DNA of 64,000 bases. It comes from an uncultured Candidatus Saccharibacteria bacterium (lineage in GTDB: Bacteria; Patescibacteriota; Minisyncoccia; CAIUEV01; JAHKAQ01). Below the pieces are notes generated by a model that ran no database searches, had not been told where the DNA came from, and saw nothing but the letters and a program-made list of their open reading frames with translations. The translations under genes and the position numbers were made by a program. This document shows, in pieces, positions 35,339-45,978 of this stretch; position 1 is the stretch's first letter, and each line of letters begins with the position of its first letter. The stretch lies in the NCBI GenBank assembly GCA_964598205.1, contig CAZRBB010000001.1, forward strand, positions 92,199-156,198, read 5' to 3'.

Positions 35339-38300
35339 ATGTTGTTGAAAAAACAAAAAAAATCAAAAATAGAATTCACGCATCTTCATGTGCATTCCCA
35401 TTATTCGCTTTTAGACGGTTTAGGGAAGATTGATGACCTAGTAAAAAGAGCCAAGGAGCTAGGAATGGATACCTTGGCACTAACGGATCATGGCGTAATG
35501 TATGGAGCGGTGGAATTCTTTACTAAAGCTAAAGAAGCGGGTATTAAGCCGATTATTGGTTGTGAAATTTATTTGGCTGTCGGAAAAATGGAAGACAAAC
35601 AGCCACGAGTAGACGAAGAAAGATATCACTTAGTACTGTTAGCCGAAAACGATCTAGGCTATAAGAATCTAATTAAGATTGTAACCGCTGGTCATCTAAA
35701 AGGTTTTTATTATAAGCCTCGGGTAGACAAAGACTTTTTAAGGAAGCACAGCCAAGGGCTAATCGCTCTCTCTGCTTGTTTGGCAGGAGAAATTCCGCGC
35801 TGTATTGCTTCTGGGGATTTAGTTATGGCAGAAAAAAAGATCGGCGAATATCAAGATATTTTTGGGAAAGATAATTTTTTCTTAGAATTAGAACATCATC
35901 AGAATTCTCCAGATCAAGCCACGGTTAATCAGGGGTTAATCAAGCTTTCCCAAAAAACTGGCGCCAAGCTAGTAGCTACCTGTGATGTGCACTATGTGTG
36001 GCCAGAAGATAAAGAGGTTCAAGACGCCCTATTATGCATCCAGCAAAACAAAAAAGTAACCGATACTAACCGTCTTAAAATGACGGAGTTTGATCTTTAC
36101 TTAAAGTCGCCGGAAGAAATGAAAAATCATTTCCCAGATCTACCAGAAGCTCTTCAAAATACGGTAGAAATCGGTCGTCGTTGCTCTTTTGAGCTAGAAA
36201 TGGGGAAAATTGTTCTGCCCCATTTTAAAATTCCTGGTGGTCGAGATGAAAACATTTATCTAAGGGAGCTTTGCCAAAAAGGAATCAAGGAACGGTATGG
36301 TAAGAAAAATCAAAAGGAAGTTTTAGAACGATTAAACTTTGAGCTCTCGGTAATAGAAAAGATGGGCTATTCTTCTTATTTTTTGATCGTTTCTGATTTT
36401 GTTAATTGGGCTAAAAGTCAAAAAATAGTAGTTGGTCCGGGGCGAGGATCGGCAGCGGGAAGCATTGTTTCTTATCTTCTAAAAATTACCGACATTGACC
36501 CTATTAAGTACGAACTTTTGTTTGAACGCTTCCTAAATCCAGACCGTATCAGTATGCCAGATATAGACATTGACTTTGCCGATGACCGACGAGATGAAGT
36601 AATTGAATATGTTTCCGAAAAATATGGTCGGGACAGGGTAGCGCAGATTATTACCTTTGGAACAATGGCGGCTCGGGCCGCAGTGAGAGACGCCGGTCGG
36701 GCACTGGATTATCCTTACGATTTTTGTGGCAGAATTGCCGAGGAAATTCCCATGATGACCAAGCTAAACGATGCCTTAAAAAAATCGGGAGAACTAAAGA
36801 AAATGTACGACGAAGATGCCAATGTTCGTCATGTAATTGATATGGCCAAAAAGTTAGAAGGAGTAGCAAGGCATGCCTCTACTCATGCCTGCGGAGTGGT
36901 AATTACTAAAGATCCATTAGTTGACTATGCCCCGCTCCAAAGAAGCATCCAAAGCGGAAAAATAAATGAAGATGCAGTAGTGACTCAATATGAAGGAAAA
37001 TCAATAGAGGCGCTGGGTCTTTTAAAAATGGACTTTTTAGGACTAAAGAACCTAACAGTCCTTCAAAATGTAATAGATATTATCCGTGCTAAATATCAAA
37101 AAGAAATAAGTCTAGATAAAATTCCCTTAGACGATAAAAAAACACTGGCACTTTTTGCTAAAGGAGAAACTACGGGAGTTTTTCAATTTGAATCTTCTGG
37201 TTTTAAGCGATACCTACGAGAATTAGAACCTAGTCGTTTTCAAGACTTAATAGACATGGTGGCGCTTTATCGTCCGGGACCAATGGACTGGATTCCAGAA
37301 TATATTGCCGGGAAACACGGCCGTCGGGAAATAACTTATCTTCATCCCAAGCTAAAATCTATTTTAGGAAAAACTTACGGCATTGTGGTGGTGCAAGAAC
37401 AGGTAATGGAAATTGCCAAACAGCTGGCTGGGTTTACTGCAGGAGAAGCTGACTATCTAAGAAAAGCAATGGGAAAAAAGATTAAGAAATTAATGGACGA
37501 ACAGAGGGATAAGTTTATTTTAGGTTGCATTAATCATGGTATAAAAGGCAAGACGGCAGAAAAAATTTGGGATTTTATTAAACCTTTTGCCGGCTATGGA
37601 TTCAATTGGGCGCACAGTGCCTGTTACGCCATGATCGGCTACCAGACCGCTTATTTTAAAGCCTACTATCCCTCAGAATTTATGGCGGCTCTCCTAGGAA
37701 GTGATCAAGACAACACCGATCGCATAGCGGTAGAGGTAGAGGAGTGTCGCAAAATGGGGATCAAGGTTTCGCCACCCGATGTTAACGAAAGTTATGGCCG
37801 CTTTGCTTCTGTAGAAAAAGATGGAAAAAAGACAATTCTTTATGGGTTAAATGCTGTTAAAAATGTAGGGAAAAAAGTTGCTGCTGGAATTGTAGAAGAG
37901 CGCAAAAATGGAGGAAAATATCACAATGTTTTAGAATTTGTGGAGCGGGTTTCGGCTAAAGATCTTAATAAAAAATCGCTAGAAAGTCTGGCTAAATCTG
38001 GAGCATTAGATGCTATTGGGGAGCGAGAAATTATTTTAGGAAATCTAGACAATATTTTAAAATACGCCAAAGAAGCACGATCCGTAAAAGAACGAGGACA
38101 AGAAAGTCTTTTTGGCGACGGGTTTGCTTCTTCGGAAAATTCACAAAAAAATTCAGCTCTCCCACCGCAATTTACCGAAAGAGTAACGCTTTCCAAAAGA
38201 GAGCGCTTGGGTTTTGAAAAGGAACTTTTAGGGGCCTATCTTACAGAAAATCCGTTAGAAGAATTTTCTGCCTATCTAAAAAATACCACCACCCCCATTA

Positions 38301-38932
38301 ATCAATTAAAAGTCTCCCCAGCAAGTAATCCTCCTGCCGAAAAAAGCTCTTTCAATTTTAGAAATAGAGACCAGGGAGTCACTGTTAATGTTGGCGGTTT
38401 AATTGCCAAGGTGAAAAAGATTTATACCAAAAACAATCAAGAAATGGCTTTTGTGGAGTTAGAAGATTTAACGGGGAAGTTAGAGGTGGTGGTTTTTCCA
38501 GGAATTTTTCAAAAGAACTCGGAAATTTGGAAAGAAGATAAAGTAGTTGTGGTTTCTGGTAAATTAAGCAATAAAGACGGAGCATTAAAGGTGCTTGCCG
38601 ACAAGGCAGAAGAAGTAACCTTAGAAATGGAACAGGAGGCAAAGCAGTTGCCAATAACAAAAAACAGCGAAGAACGACAAGAAGTTGTTGAGCCGTCTCG
38701 CCGACTTTTAATTCAGTATGATGCCCAAAAAAGCGATGCCCAGGAAATAAAGGAACTACTTTTAGGACTTCGCGGAGGACAAGATAAAATAATTTTTGAA
38801 GTCTCAGACCATGCCTCTGGGAAAAAGAATAAAATTAAAATAGCGGGTAGCTACCGTTTTTCGGGGGAAGGATTCGAAGCCTTAAAAAACTATCTTTCCC
38901 AAAAAGAACTGGCTTTTCAATTTATTGACTAA
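35339..38932 (+). CDS. dnaE: DNA polymerase III alpha subunit
   Basis: HLHVHSHYSLLDG, GRGSAAGS, PDIDIDF, KMDFLGL; no intein visible. Confidence 0.98.
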   Translation: MLLKKQKKSKIEFTHLHVHSHYSLLDGLGKIDDLVKRAKELGMDTLALTDHGVMYGAVEFFTKAKEAGIKPIIGCEIYLAVGKMEDKQPRVDEERYHLVLLAENDLGYKNLIKIVTAGHLKGFYYKPRVDKDFLRKHSQGLIALSACLAGEIPRCIASGDLVMAEKKIGEYQDIFGKDNFFLELEHHQNSPDQATVNQGLIKLSQKTGAKLVATCDVHYVWPEDKEVQDALLCIQQNKKVTDTNRLKMTEFDLYLKSPEEMKNHFPDLPEALQNTVEIGRRCSFELEMGKIVLPHFKIPGGRDENIYLRELCQKGIKERYGKKNQKEVLERLNFELSVIEKMGYSSYFLIVSDFVNWAKSQKIVVGPGRGSAAGSIVSYLLKITDIDPIKYELLFERFLNPDRISMPDIDIDFADDRRDEVIEYVSEKYGRDRVAQIITFGTMAARAAVRDAGRALDYPYDFCGRIAEEIPMMTKLNDALKKSGELKKMYDEDANVRHVIDMAKKLEGVARHASTHACGVVITKDPLVDYAPLQRSIQSGKINEDAVVTQYEGKSIEALGLLKMDFLGLKNLTVLQNVIDIIRAKYQKEISLDKIPLDDKKTLALFAKGETTGVFQFESSGFKRYLRELEPSRFQDLIDMVALYRPGPMDWIPEYIAGKHGRREITYLHPKLKSILGKTYGIVVVQEQVMEIAKQLAGFTAGEADYLRKAMGKKIKKLMDEQRDKFILGCINHGIKGKTAEKIWDFIKPFAGYGFNWAHSACYAMIGYQTAYFKAYYPSEFMAALLGSDQDNTDRIAVEVEECRKMGIKVSPPDVNESYGRFASVEKDGKKTILYGLNAVKNVGKKVAAGIVEERKNGGKYHNVLEFVERVSAKDLNKKSLESLAKSGALDAIGEREIILGNLDNILKYAKEARSVKERGQESLFGDGFASSENSQKNSALPPQFTERVTLSKRERLGFEKELLGAYLTENPLEEFSAYLKNTTTPINQLKVSPASNPPAEKSSFNFRNRDQGVTVNVGGLIAKVKKIYTKNNQEMAFVELEDLTGKLEVVVFPGIFQKNSEIWKEDKVVVVSGKLSNKDGALKVLADKAEEVTLEMEQEAKQLPITKNSEERQEVVEPSRRLLIQYDAQKSDAQEIKELLLGLRGGQDKIIFEVSDHASGKKNKIKIAGSYRFSGEGFEALKNYLSQKELAFQFID

Positions 38933-39416
38933 AATGATTTGGGTTATTTATTTATTAATTATTTTGCTGATTATTGTTGCCTGGGTGGGTGTTTTTTTAC
39001 CGAATCTTCCTGGATCTCCTTTGATTTTTTTATCGGCGCTGATTTTTGGTTGGTCTAATAATTTTGAAAAAGTTAGCCCCAAAATATTATTGATTTTAGG
39101 GGGTTTGGCAGTTTTTTCGGTTTTGATGGATTTTCTATCTTCAATAATTGGTGCTAAAAAATTTGGTGCTTCGCATTGGAGCGCTTTTGCTTCAGCTGTT
39201 GGCGGGCTCTTGGGATTAATTGCCTTTAATTTTATTGGCTTAATTTTAGGAATATTTTTGGGTGCTTTTATTGTAGAACTTGTCTTTGGAGAAAGTGGTT
39301 TTAAAAAATCTTTAAAGGTAGGAATAGGCAGTCTTTTAGGATTTATAACTGGAATTTTTTTGCAAGTGTTTATTGCCTTGGTAATGACAATTATTTTTTT
39401 AACGGCTATTTTTTAA
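38925..39416 (+). CDS. DUF456 membrane protein
   Basis: LPNLPG, GAKKFGAS, Gly-rich TMs. Confidence 0.85.
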   Translation: MTKMIWVIYLLIILLIIVAWVGVFLPNLPGSPLIFLSALIFGWSNNFEKVSPKILLILGGLAVFSVLMDFLSSIIGAKKFGASHWSAFASAVGGLLGLIAFNFIGLILGIFLGAFIVELVFGESGFKKSLKVGIGSLLGFITGIFLQVFIALVMTIIFLTAIF

Positions 39417-39432
39417 TTTTTATAAAGCAAGC

Positions 39433-41325
39433 GTGTTTTTAAATTATTCGAACAAAAAAGAAAGTGATTCAGGAGAAATAGATATTTCTGATTCTATTGC
39501 TCATGGGGGCGATCATGAAAGAAGAAAAATAGAAGAGCCAATAGGCTTAAAAGGCTTAAAGATTTTTTGGATTTTGGGACTGGTTTTTATTTTTGTGATT
39601 TTTTTTAGAACAGCGCAATTACAAATTTCCAAAGGAGCTTATTATTTAAGTCAGGCAGAGAATAATCGTATTGGTAAAATAGTGATTAAAGCCCCGCGAG
39701 GGATTATCACGGACAGTCGCGGAGAAGAGTTGGTAGAAAATATTGCTAGCTTTAATGCTATTTTGGCGCCAGGACTTTTTGGGGGAGAAAAAGAGGAGCG
39801 ACTTTTAAAAATCAGAGAGTGTCTTTCTTTTGCAGGGATTAAGGAAAATGACTGGGAAGGGGAAATAGAAAATTGGGGATCTCTAGATTTCTATTTAGTC
39901 AAAGAAGATATTGGTAGAGATGAAGCTCTTTTGATTGAGCTTGAAAAGGAAAAGTGCCCGGGGTTAGTAACGGAGAAAACTGCTAAAAGAAATTATCGCT
40001 TCCCTTTTCTTTTTGCTCATACTCTAGGATATACGGGGAAAGTGACCAAGGAAGATCTTGCCAATAATTCTGGCTATTTAATGATAGACAGTATTGGTAA
40101 AAATGGGACAGAAGAAACATGGGAGAAAGAACTAAAGGGGACTCATGGGTTTACAAGTGTGGAAGTGGATTCTCAGGGGAGGATTTTAAGAAAACTAGAA
40201 GAAAAGCCTCCTGTTTTTGGAAACCGCTTAGTTTTAGGATTAGATAAAAATCTGCAATCGGCATTGCAATCGGCATTAGAGGGGGCTTTCTTAAAAACCG
40301 AAGCCAAGAGAGCGGCAGCAGTGGTGATAGATCCAAGGGACGGCTTGGTAAGGGCTTTGATTAGTCTTCCTAGTTATGACAACAATCTTTTTGGAAAAAA
40401 AGTAAATGCTAATGATTATCAAAAATTAATAGAAGATCCCAATCGGCCTCTTATAAACAGGGTAATCGCAGGGAAATATCCTCCTGGATCTACTATTAAA
40501 CCGCTTTTGGGACTAGCGGCCTTAGAAGAAGAAATCATTAATCAACAAACTTCTTTTGATTGTCATGGTATTATTTCGGTCGGCGGTTTTAGTTTTAGAG
40601 ATTGGAAGACCCATGGTCCGGGGATTGATTTAAAAAAAGCAATCGCTGAATCATGCGATGTTTTCTTTTACTTGATTGGCGGTGGTGGTGGGGAAAGCGG
40701 TTTTACTGGTCTTGGAATAGATAAAATTGGAGAATACGAAAAAAAATGGGGACTAGACAATTTAACAAATATAGATTTAGAAGGAGAAGTGAAAGGGCTT
40801 GTTCCTTCGTCGGAGTGGAAGTTGGAACAGAAAAAAGAGCGTTGGTATATTGGGGACACCTACCATCTTTCTATTGGTCAGGGTGACGGCGTTTTTACAC
40901 CGATTGCCCTTGCAAATTATGTAAGTGCGGTGGCTAATGGTGGCACGCTTTATCGTCCAAGATTAGTTAAGGAAGTTTTAGAAGAAGGAACAAAGAGGGT
41001 TATCAAAGAAAATCAGCCAGAAATCTTAAGCTCAAATTTGGCCAGTCCAGAAAACCTAAGGATTATTAGGGAGGCAATGAGAGAAACAATTGTTTCGGGA
41101 ACGGCGCGTTCCCTTTCCACACTTCCTAAGCCGGTTTGTGGAAAGACGGGGACTGCTCAAGTTGGCGGTACCGAGAAAACTCATTCTTGGTTTGTGGGCT
41201 TTGGTCCAGAAGAAAATCCAGAAGTAGCAATTGCAGTGATTGTAGAAGAGGGCGGAGAAAGCACGGATTCGGCAGTACCAGTAGCCAAAGCTTTTTTTGA
41301 AGAGTATTTTAAAGACAATCCTTAA
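39433..41325 (+). CDS. mrdA: Penicillin-binding protein 2
   Basis: APRGII, PGSTIK, SCD, KTGTAQ. Confidence 0.93.
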   Translation: MFLNYSNKKESDSGEIDISDSIAHGGDHERRKIEEPIGLKGLKIFWILGLVFIFVIFFRTAQLQISKGAYYLSQAENNRIGKIVIKAPRGIITDSRGEELVENIASFNAILAPGLFGGEKEERLLKIRECLSFAGIKENDWEGEIENWGSLDFYLVKEDIGRDEALLIELEKEKCPGLVTEKTAKRNYRFPFLFAHTLGYTGKVTKEDLANNSGYLMIDSIGKNGTEETWEKELKGTHGFTSVEVDSQGRILRKLEEKPPVFGNRLVLGLDKNLQSALQSALEGAFLKTEAKRAAAVVIDPRDGLVRALISLPSYDNNLFGKKVNANDYQKLIEDPNRPLINRVIAGKYPPGSTIKPLLGLAALEEEIINQQTSFDCHGIISVGGFSFRDWKTHGPGIDLKKAIAESCDVFFYLIGGGGGESGFTGLGIDKIGEYEKKWGLDNLTNIDLEGEVKGLVPSSEWKLEQKKERWYIGDTYHLSIGQGDGVFTPIALANYVSAVANGGTLYRPRLVKEVLEEGTKRVIKENQPEILSSNLASPENLRIIREAMRETIVSGTARSLSTLPKPVCGKTGTAQVGGTEKTHSWFVGFGPEENPEVAIAVIVEEGGESTDSAVPVAKAFFEEYFKDNP

Positions 41326-41342
41326 TAATTAATTCTAAAAAA

Positions 41343-41798
41343 ATGTTTCAAGGAGTGGTAATAAAAAAACTAGATCGATTTACCGATGATCGCGGTTGGC
41401 TTACAGAAATTTTTAGAAACGATGAACTGCCAAAAGAGTTTTCTCCAGCAATGGGGTATATTTCTCTAACTAAACCGGGCGTTCAAAGAGGGCCCCATGA
41501 ACATGCTTTTCAGGCCGATTTCTTTGTATTCTTGGGTCCAGGAGAATTTGAACTTCATTTATGGGACAACAGAAAAGATTCACAAACTTTTGGTCGTCAC
41601 GAAAAGTTTGTTTTGGGTGAAAATGATCCGGCCTCGGTAATTGTGCCTCCAGGAGTGGTCCATGGTTACAAAAATGTTGGCCAAACAGATGCTTGGTGTC
41701 TTAATTTTCCAAATAAGTTATACAAAGGAGAAGGAAAAAAGGAAGAGATAGACGAAATTCGCCATGAAGAAGATTCCGATTCTCGCTTTAAAATTTAA
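41343..41798 (+). CDS. rfbC: dTDP-4-dehydrorhamnose 3,5-epimerase family cupin
   Basis: DDRGWLTE, RGPHEH, VPPGVVHGY. Confidence 0.85.
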   Translation: MFQGVVIKKLDRFTDDRGWLTEIFRNDELPKEFSPAMGYISLTKPGVQRGPHEHAFQADFFVFLGPGEFELHLWDNRKDSQTFGRHEKFVLGENDPASVIVPPGVVHGYKNVGQTDAWCLNFPNKLYKGEGKKEEIDEIRHEEDSDSRFKI

Positions 41799-41802
41799 GA
41801 TA

Positions 41803-42357
41803 ATGGGAGAAAATCCTTGGAAGAAAATAAGCCAACGGTATGTCTTTGAACTAACTCCTTTTGTTAAAGTTCGTCGAGACACGGTGATTCAGCCTAATGG
41901 TCAAAGGGGATTATATGCTGTGGTAGAAAGAGCCGACGCGGTAATTGTAGCAGCTAAAAAGTCCGATGGTCACTTGGTTTTGGTTCGCCAGTGGCGTTAT
42001 GCTGCTGGTTTTCTTTCTTGGGAATTGCCAATGGGATCAGTAGATAAAGGCGAAACTCCAGAAGAAGCGGCCAAAAGGGAGCTAAGTGAAGAAACAGGAT
42101 TCAAGGCATCTAAAATAACCAAAATTGGCGATTTTTTCCCGGCTGGAGCCCTGTCAAATAATCGAGCTCATGTTTTTTTAGCGGAGGATTTAGTTGCTGG
42201 AGAAAAAAAGCTAGAATCAGTGGAAGTTGGTTTAATTTCTGTCGACTATTCTTTGGAAAAAATCAAAAAAATGATTCAGCAAGGAGAAATTAAAGACGCT
42301 TTCTCTATCACTGCCCTGTGGTATTATGCAAATGCAGACAAGACCAATGAAAAATAG
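41803..42357 (+). CDS. NUDIX hydrolase (ADP-ribose pyrophosphatase-like)
   Basis: GSVDKGETPEEAAKRELSEETG Nudix box. Confidence 0.9.
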   Translation: MGENPWKKISQRYVFELTPFVKVRRDTVIQPNGQRGLYAVVERADAVIVAAKKSDGHLVLVRQWRYAAGFLSWELPMGSVDKGETPEEAAKRELSEETGFKASKITKIGDFFPAGALSNNRAHVFLAEDLVAGEKKLESVEVGLISVDYSLEKIKKMIQQGEIKDAFSITALWYYANADKTNEK

Positions 42358-42406
42358 AACAACTTTGTTATTTTTTTACAGCCAACAATAATCCATTATT
42401 TTTCTT

Positions 42407-43408
42407 ATGAAACTTTTAATTACAGGTGGTGCGGGGTTCATGGGTTCTAACTTTATCCGTTACTTGCTCCAAAAATACCCAGATTACCAAATAATTAATC
42501 TAGACAAATTAACTTACGCCGGGAATTTAGAAAATCTAAAAGATTTAGAAGGAAATCCGCGGTATTCTTTTTTTAGAGGAGATATTGCCGAAAAAAAAGA
42601 TGTAGCTTTGGCGCTAGGAGAGGAAGGGGTCGATGCAATTATTAACTATGCGGCCGAAACCCATGTGGATCGATCCATCTTAGATCCAGAGGCCTTTATT
42701 AAAACCGATGTTTTGGGAACTTATCAACTGTTAGAAGCCGTGCGGCTAGGTCATGCCAAGAAACTAATTCAAATTTCTACCGATGAAGTTTTTGGAGAAA
42801 CAGATACTGAGTTTGTAGAAGATTCACCTTTTCTACCAAACAGTCCTTATAGCGCCTCTAAGGCTGGCGGGGACTTAATGTGTCGTGCTTATTTCCGTAC
42901 TTACAAAACACCGGTGGTAGTAACGCATAGCTGCAATTTTTATGGACCAAATCAGTATCCAGAAAAACTAATTTCACTTTCTATCACCAATCTTTTAGAA
43001 AATAAGCCAGTGCCGCTTTATGGAGAAGGGGAGAATGTAAGAGAATGGATTTTTACCCAGGATCATTGCCGAGCAGTAGACGCTATTTTACACCAAGGAA
43101 AGTCAGGAGAAGTTTATAATATTGGTACTGGTGAGCGGAAAACAAACAAAGAGGTTTTAGATTCGATCTTTAAAATTCTCGGGGCCAATAAGAGCTTGAT
43201 TCAAAAGGTTAAGGATCGGCCAGGACACGATGTTCGTTATGCTGTAGACAGTTCCAAGCTAAGACAGGAATTAGATTGGCAACCAGAAACTAACTTTTCT
43301 TCTGGAATAAAAGAAACTATTCACTGGTATCAAAAGAACGAAGCTTGGTGGAAGAGACTTAAAGATGATTCTTATCGAGAATATTATAAAAAACAATATG
43401 GGTCATAA
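42407..43408 (+). CDS. rfbB: dTDP-glucose 4,6-dehydratase
   Basis: TGGAGFMGS, AAETHVDRS, STDEV, YSASK, DRPGHD. Confidence 0.96.
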   Translation: MKLLITGGAGFMGSNFIRYLLQKYPDYQIINLDKLTYAGNLENLKDLEGNPRYSFFRGDIAEKKDVALALGEEGVDAIINYAAETHVDRSILDPEAFIKTDVLGTYQLLEAVRLGHAKKLIQISTDEVFGETDTEFVEDSPFLPNSPYSASKAGGDLMCRAYFRTYKTPVVVTHSCNFYGPNQYPEKLISLSITNLLENKPVPLYGEGENVREWIFTQDHCRAVDAILHQGKSGEVYNIGTGERKTNKEVLDSIFKILGANKSLIQKVKDRPGHDVRYAVDSSKLRQELDWQPETNFSSGIKETIHWYQKNEAWWKRLKDDSYREYYKKQYGS

Positions 43409-44270
43409 AAATTCAGTTTTAATTTTAGGCGCACGCGGTAACTTAGGAACTTGCCTAATGAACACTTTTCAAGACTTACGCCCAATCGGCTGGGATCGTG
43501 AAGAATTAGATATTACCGACGCAAATAAAGTTACCACAAAAATAAGCTTGATTGATCCGGAGCTGATTATTAATGCTTCGGCTTACAACGCTGTAGACAA
43601 ATGCGAAGAAAATAAAAAAGAATTCGCGCTTGCTAATAAAATAAACGGAGAGGCTCCTGGCTATTTAGCCAAGGTGGCGAAAGATCTTTCTTGTCGTTTG
43701 ATTCATTTTTCTACGGACTATGTTTTTCCGGGAACAAAAAAGACTGGTTATAAAGAAAGTGATCGGCCAGCTCCAATTCAAAATTATGGAAAAAGTAAAC
43801 TCTTAGGAGAAAAGGAAATATCTGAGTCAATGACTGATTTTTATTTGATTCGTACTTCAAAATTGTTTGGTAAAGCAGGCGCTAGTCCGCTAACCAAAAA
43901 AAGTTTTGTAGACATTATGCTCGATTTAGCCAAAGAAAAAAAAGAAATTTCGGTGGTCAATGAGGAATTTAGCTCCTTTACTTATACCTTCGATCTATCT
44001 CTCGCCACGCGACTCTTAGCCGATGGACTTAACGGAAAAAAATTCCCAAACGGCATTTATCATTTAGTGAATGAAGGCCCTTGCACTTGGTACAAATGCG
44101 CTCAAAAAATCTTCCAAATCGCAAAAAAAACTGTTACAGTTAAGCCTGTTAGTTCCAGCGAATTTCCTCGTCCGGCCAAAAGACCAGCCTATTCCGCTCT
44201 CCTAAACACTAAGTTTCCCAAGCTAAGATCGCTAGACGAAGCATTAAAGGACTATCTTTCAGTCAATTAA
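43398..44270 (+). CDS. rfbD: dTDP-4-dehydrorhamnose reductase
   Basis: GARGNLG, STDYVF, YGKSK, RPAKRP. Confidence 0.93.
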   Translation: MGHKNSVLILGARGNLGTCLMNTFQDLRPIGWDREELDITDANKVTTKISLIDPELIINASAYNAVDKCEENKKEFALANKINGEAPGYLAKVAKDLSCRLIHFSTDYVFPGTKKTGYKESDRPAPIQNYGKSKLLGEKEISESMTDFYLIRTSKLFGKAGASPLTKKSFVDIMLDLAKEKKEISVVNEEFSSFTYTFDLSLATRLLADGLNGKKFPNGIYHLVNEGPCTWYKCAQKIFQIAKKTVTVKPVSSSEFPRPAKRPAYSALLNTKFPKLRSLDEALKDYLSVN

Positions 44271-44352
44271 TAATTTTTAGTTTTGAATTTCGAAATAATT
44301 TAAAAATTCTAATTTCTAATTTTATTCAAAATTCAAAATTCGTAATTAATAA
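44271..44352. repeat. AT-rich degenerate heptamer repeat tract
   Basis: Units such as TTCTAAT, TTCAAAA; ends AATTCGTAATTAAT. Confidence 0.5.
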
Positions 44353-44361
44353 TTTAAGCCT

Positions 44362-45435
44362 ATGAAGGCGCTTATTGCTGCAGGAGGCAAGGGTACTCGT
44401 CTGCGGCCAATGACTCACACCATCAACAAACATCTTTTCCCAATCGCTAATAAGCCGATGATTTTTTACGCATTAGAAAAAATAGCGGCAGCTGGCATTA
44501 AGGAAGTGGCAATTAATATCAACGAGGGGGACCAAACCATGGCTAAGGTCTTGGGTGACGGTAAAAAATGGGGAGTAAAGATTACTTATTTAGAACAACA
44601 AGGCGGTGCCTTAGGCTTGGCTCATGTGGTAAAAAATGCAGCTGATTGGCTAGGTAATGATGACCTTCTTTTTTATCTAGGAGACAATATTATTTCTGGA
44701 CCAATCAATTCCTTAGTAGATAAATTTAAAAAAGAAAAACTAGATTGTCTTTTAGCGCTTTCCGAAGTACCCGATCCAGAAAGATTCGGGGTGCCGGTGT
44801 TTAAGAATGGCAAGATTATTAAAGTGGAAGAAAAACCGCTAAAACCCAAAAGCAATTTTGCAGTGACTGGTATTTATGTCTATTCTTCTAAAATAATGGA
44901 GGCAGTACGAGCAATCAAACCCAGTCCGCGGGGTGAACTAGAAATTTCCGATGCCCATACCTACCTAATTAAAAATGGCTCCCGAGTAGGATCGGAAGAA
45001 ATAACTGGTTGGTGGAAGGACACTGGAAAGCCTCAGGATTTGCTAGAAGGAAACAGTTTGGTCTTGTCTCGGCTAGAAGAAAACAAAATTTTAGGTGAAG
45101 TTTCTCCAATGGCCCGTCTGGAAGGAAAAGTGGTGATTGGAAAAAAGACTAAAATTGGTGAAAATGTTTTAATTCGGGGACCGGTGGTGATTGGGGAAAA
45201 TTGTTTAATAGAAAATGCCACCATCGAGCCATACACTTCTATTGCCAATAATTGTAAAATCAAGGGATCTGGCGTTTCTCATTCTATTGTTTGCGAAGGA
45301 TCTTGCCTGATTGATTTTTCCGAGCGGATAATAGATAGTCTTATTGGTCGTGATTGCTTGATTTCAGCTTCGTCCATGATTAAACCGGAAGGCTGGCGAA
45401 TGATTATTGGAGACAATTCTCAAATAGAGCGTTAA
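44362..45435 (+). CDS. rfbA: Glucose-1-phosphate thymidylyltransferase (long form)
   Basis: GGKGTRLRP, EEKP, RGELEI, WKDTG, C-terminal hexapeptide region. Confidence 0.92.
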   Translation: MKALIAAGGKGTRLRPMTHTINKHLFPIANKPMIFYALEKIAAAGIKEVAININEGDQTMAKVLGDGKKWGVKITYLEQQGGALGLAHVVKNAADWLGNDDLLFYLGDNIISGPINSLVDKFKKEKLDCLLALSEVPDPERFGVPVFKNGKIIKVEEKPLKPKSNFAVTGIYVYSSKIMEAVRAIKPSPRGELEISDAHTYLIKNGSRVGSEEITGWWKDTGKPQDLLEGNSLVLSRLEENKILGEVSPMARLEGKVVIGKKTKIGENVLIRGPVVIGENCLIENATIEPYTSIANNCKIKGSGVSHSIVCEGSCLIDFSERIIDSLIGRDCLISASSMIKPEGWRMIIGDNSQIER

Positions 45436-45459
45436 AAAATTTAAATTTAATCTAAAATT

Positions 45460-45705
45460 ATGTTCGAAAAGCTAAAACAGTTACATAAACTCAAAAAGCA
45501 AATGGAAGCAATGGAAGTTACCGAAGAATTAAATGGTGTCACTATTAAAATGGACGGATCGTTTAAGGTGTTAGAAATAACTATTGCCGATAAAACCGAT
45601 AGAAAGCTAGAAAAGAATTTAAGAAAAACTTTTAACAATGCAGCCCAGGCGATTCAACGGAAAATGGCTAAAGACATGATGGCAGACGGTGGAAGCTTAT
45701 TTTAA
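45460..45705 (+). CDS. YbaB/EbfC nucleoid-associated protein
   Basis: LKKQME...GVTIKMDG...FNNA pattern and size. Confidence 0.75.
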   Translation: MFEKLKQLHKLKKQMEAMEVTEELNGVTIKMDGSFKVLEITIADKTDRKLEKNLRKTFNNAAQAIQRKMAKDMMADGGSLF

Positions 45706-45853
45706 TTTTCGATTTCCAATTACAAATTTCGATTAAAATTGGAAATTAGAACCTTAAAATTCAATCGAAATTCAGAATTGGAATTTAGAAATAGTTTTTA
45801 AATTTTAATTTATAGTTTATTTCGAAATTAAAAACTAGTAATTCGTAATTAAT
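45706..45853. repeat. AT-rich degenerate heptamer repeat tract
   Basis: TTCGATT/TCCAATT/GGAAATT/CGAAATT units; ends AATTCGTAATTAAT. Confidence 0.55.
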
Positions 45854-45927
45854 GGGCGGCTAGCTCAGTTGGTTAGAGCGTCTGCTCGACACGCAGGAGG
45901 CCACAGGTTCGAGTCCTGTGCCGCCCA
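45854..45927 (+). tRNA. tRNA-Val(GAC)
   Basis: GGGCGGC acceptor, TCTGC-TCGACAC-GCAGG, GGTTCGAGTCC. Confidence 0.95.
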
Positions 45928-45978
45928 CATCAAAATTTTATCGGATCTTTTTACAATATAGTTTGATAAAACAACAAG

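Noticed and set aside
35339-38932. Intein or intron in dnaE
   Set aside because: Length and motif spacing are normal; no splice-junction or endonuclease motifs.
40253-40277. 12-bp tandem duplication in mrdA (LQSALQSAL)
   Set aside because: Small in-frame duplication with no sign of wider significance.
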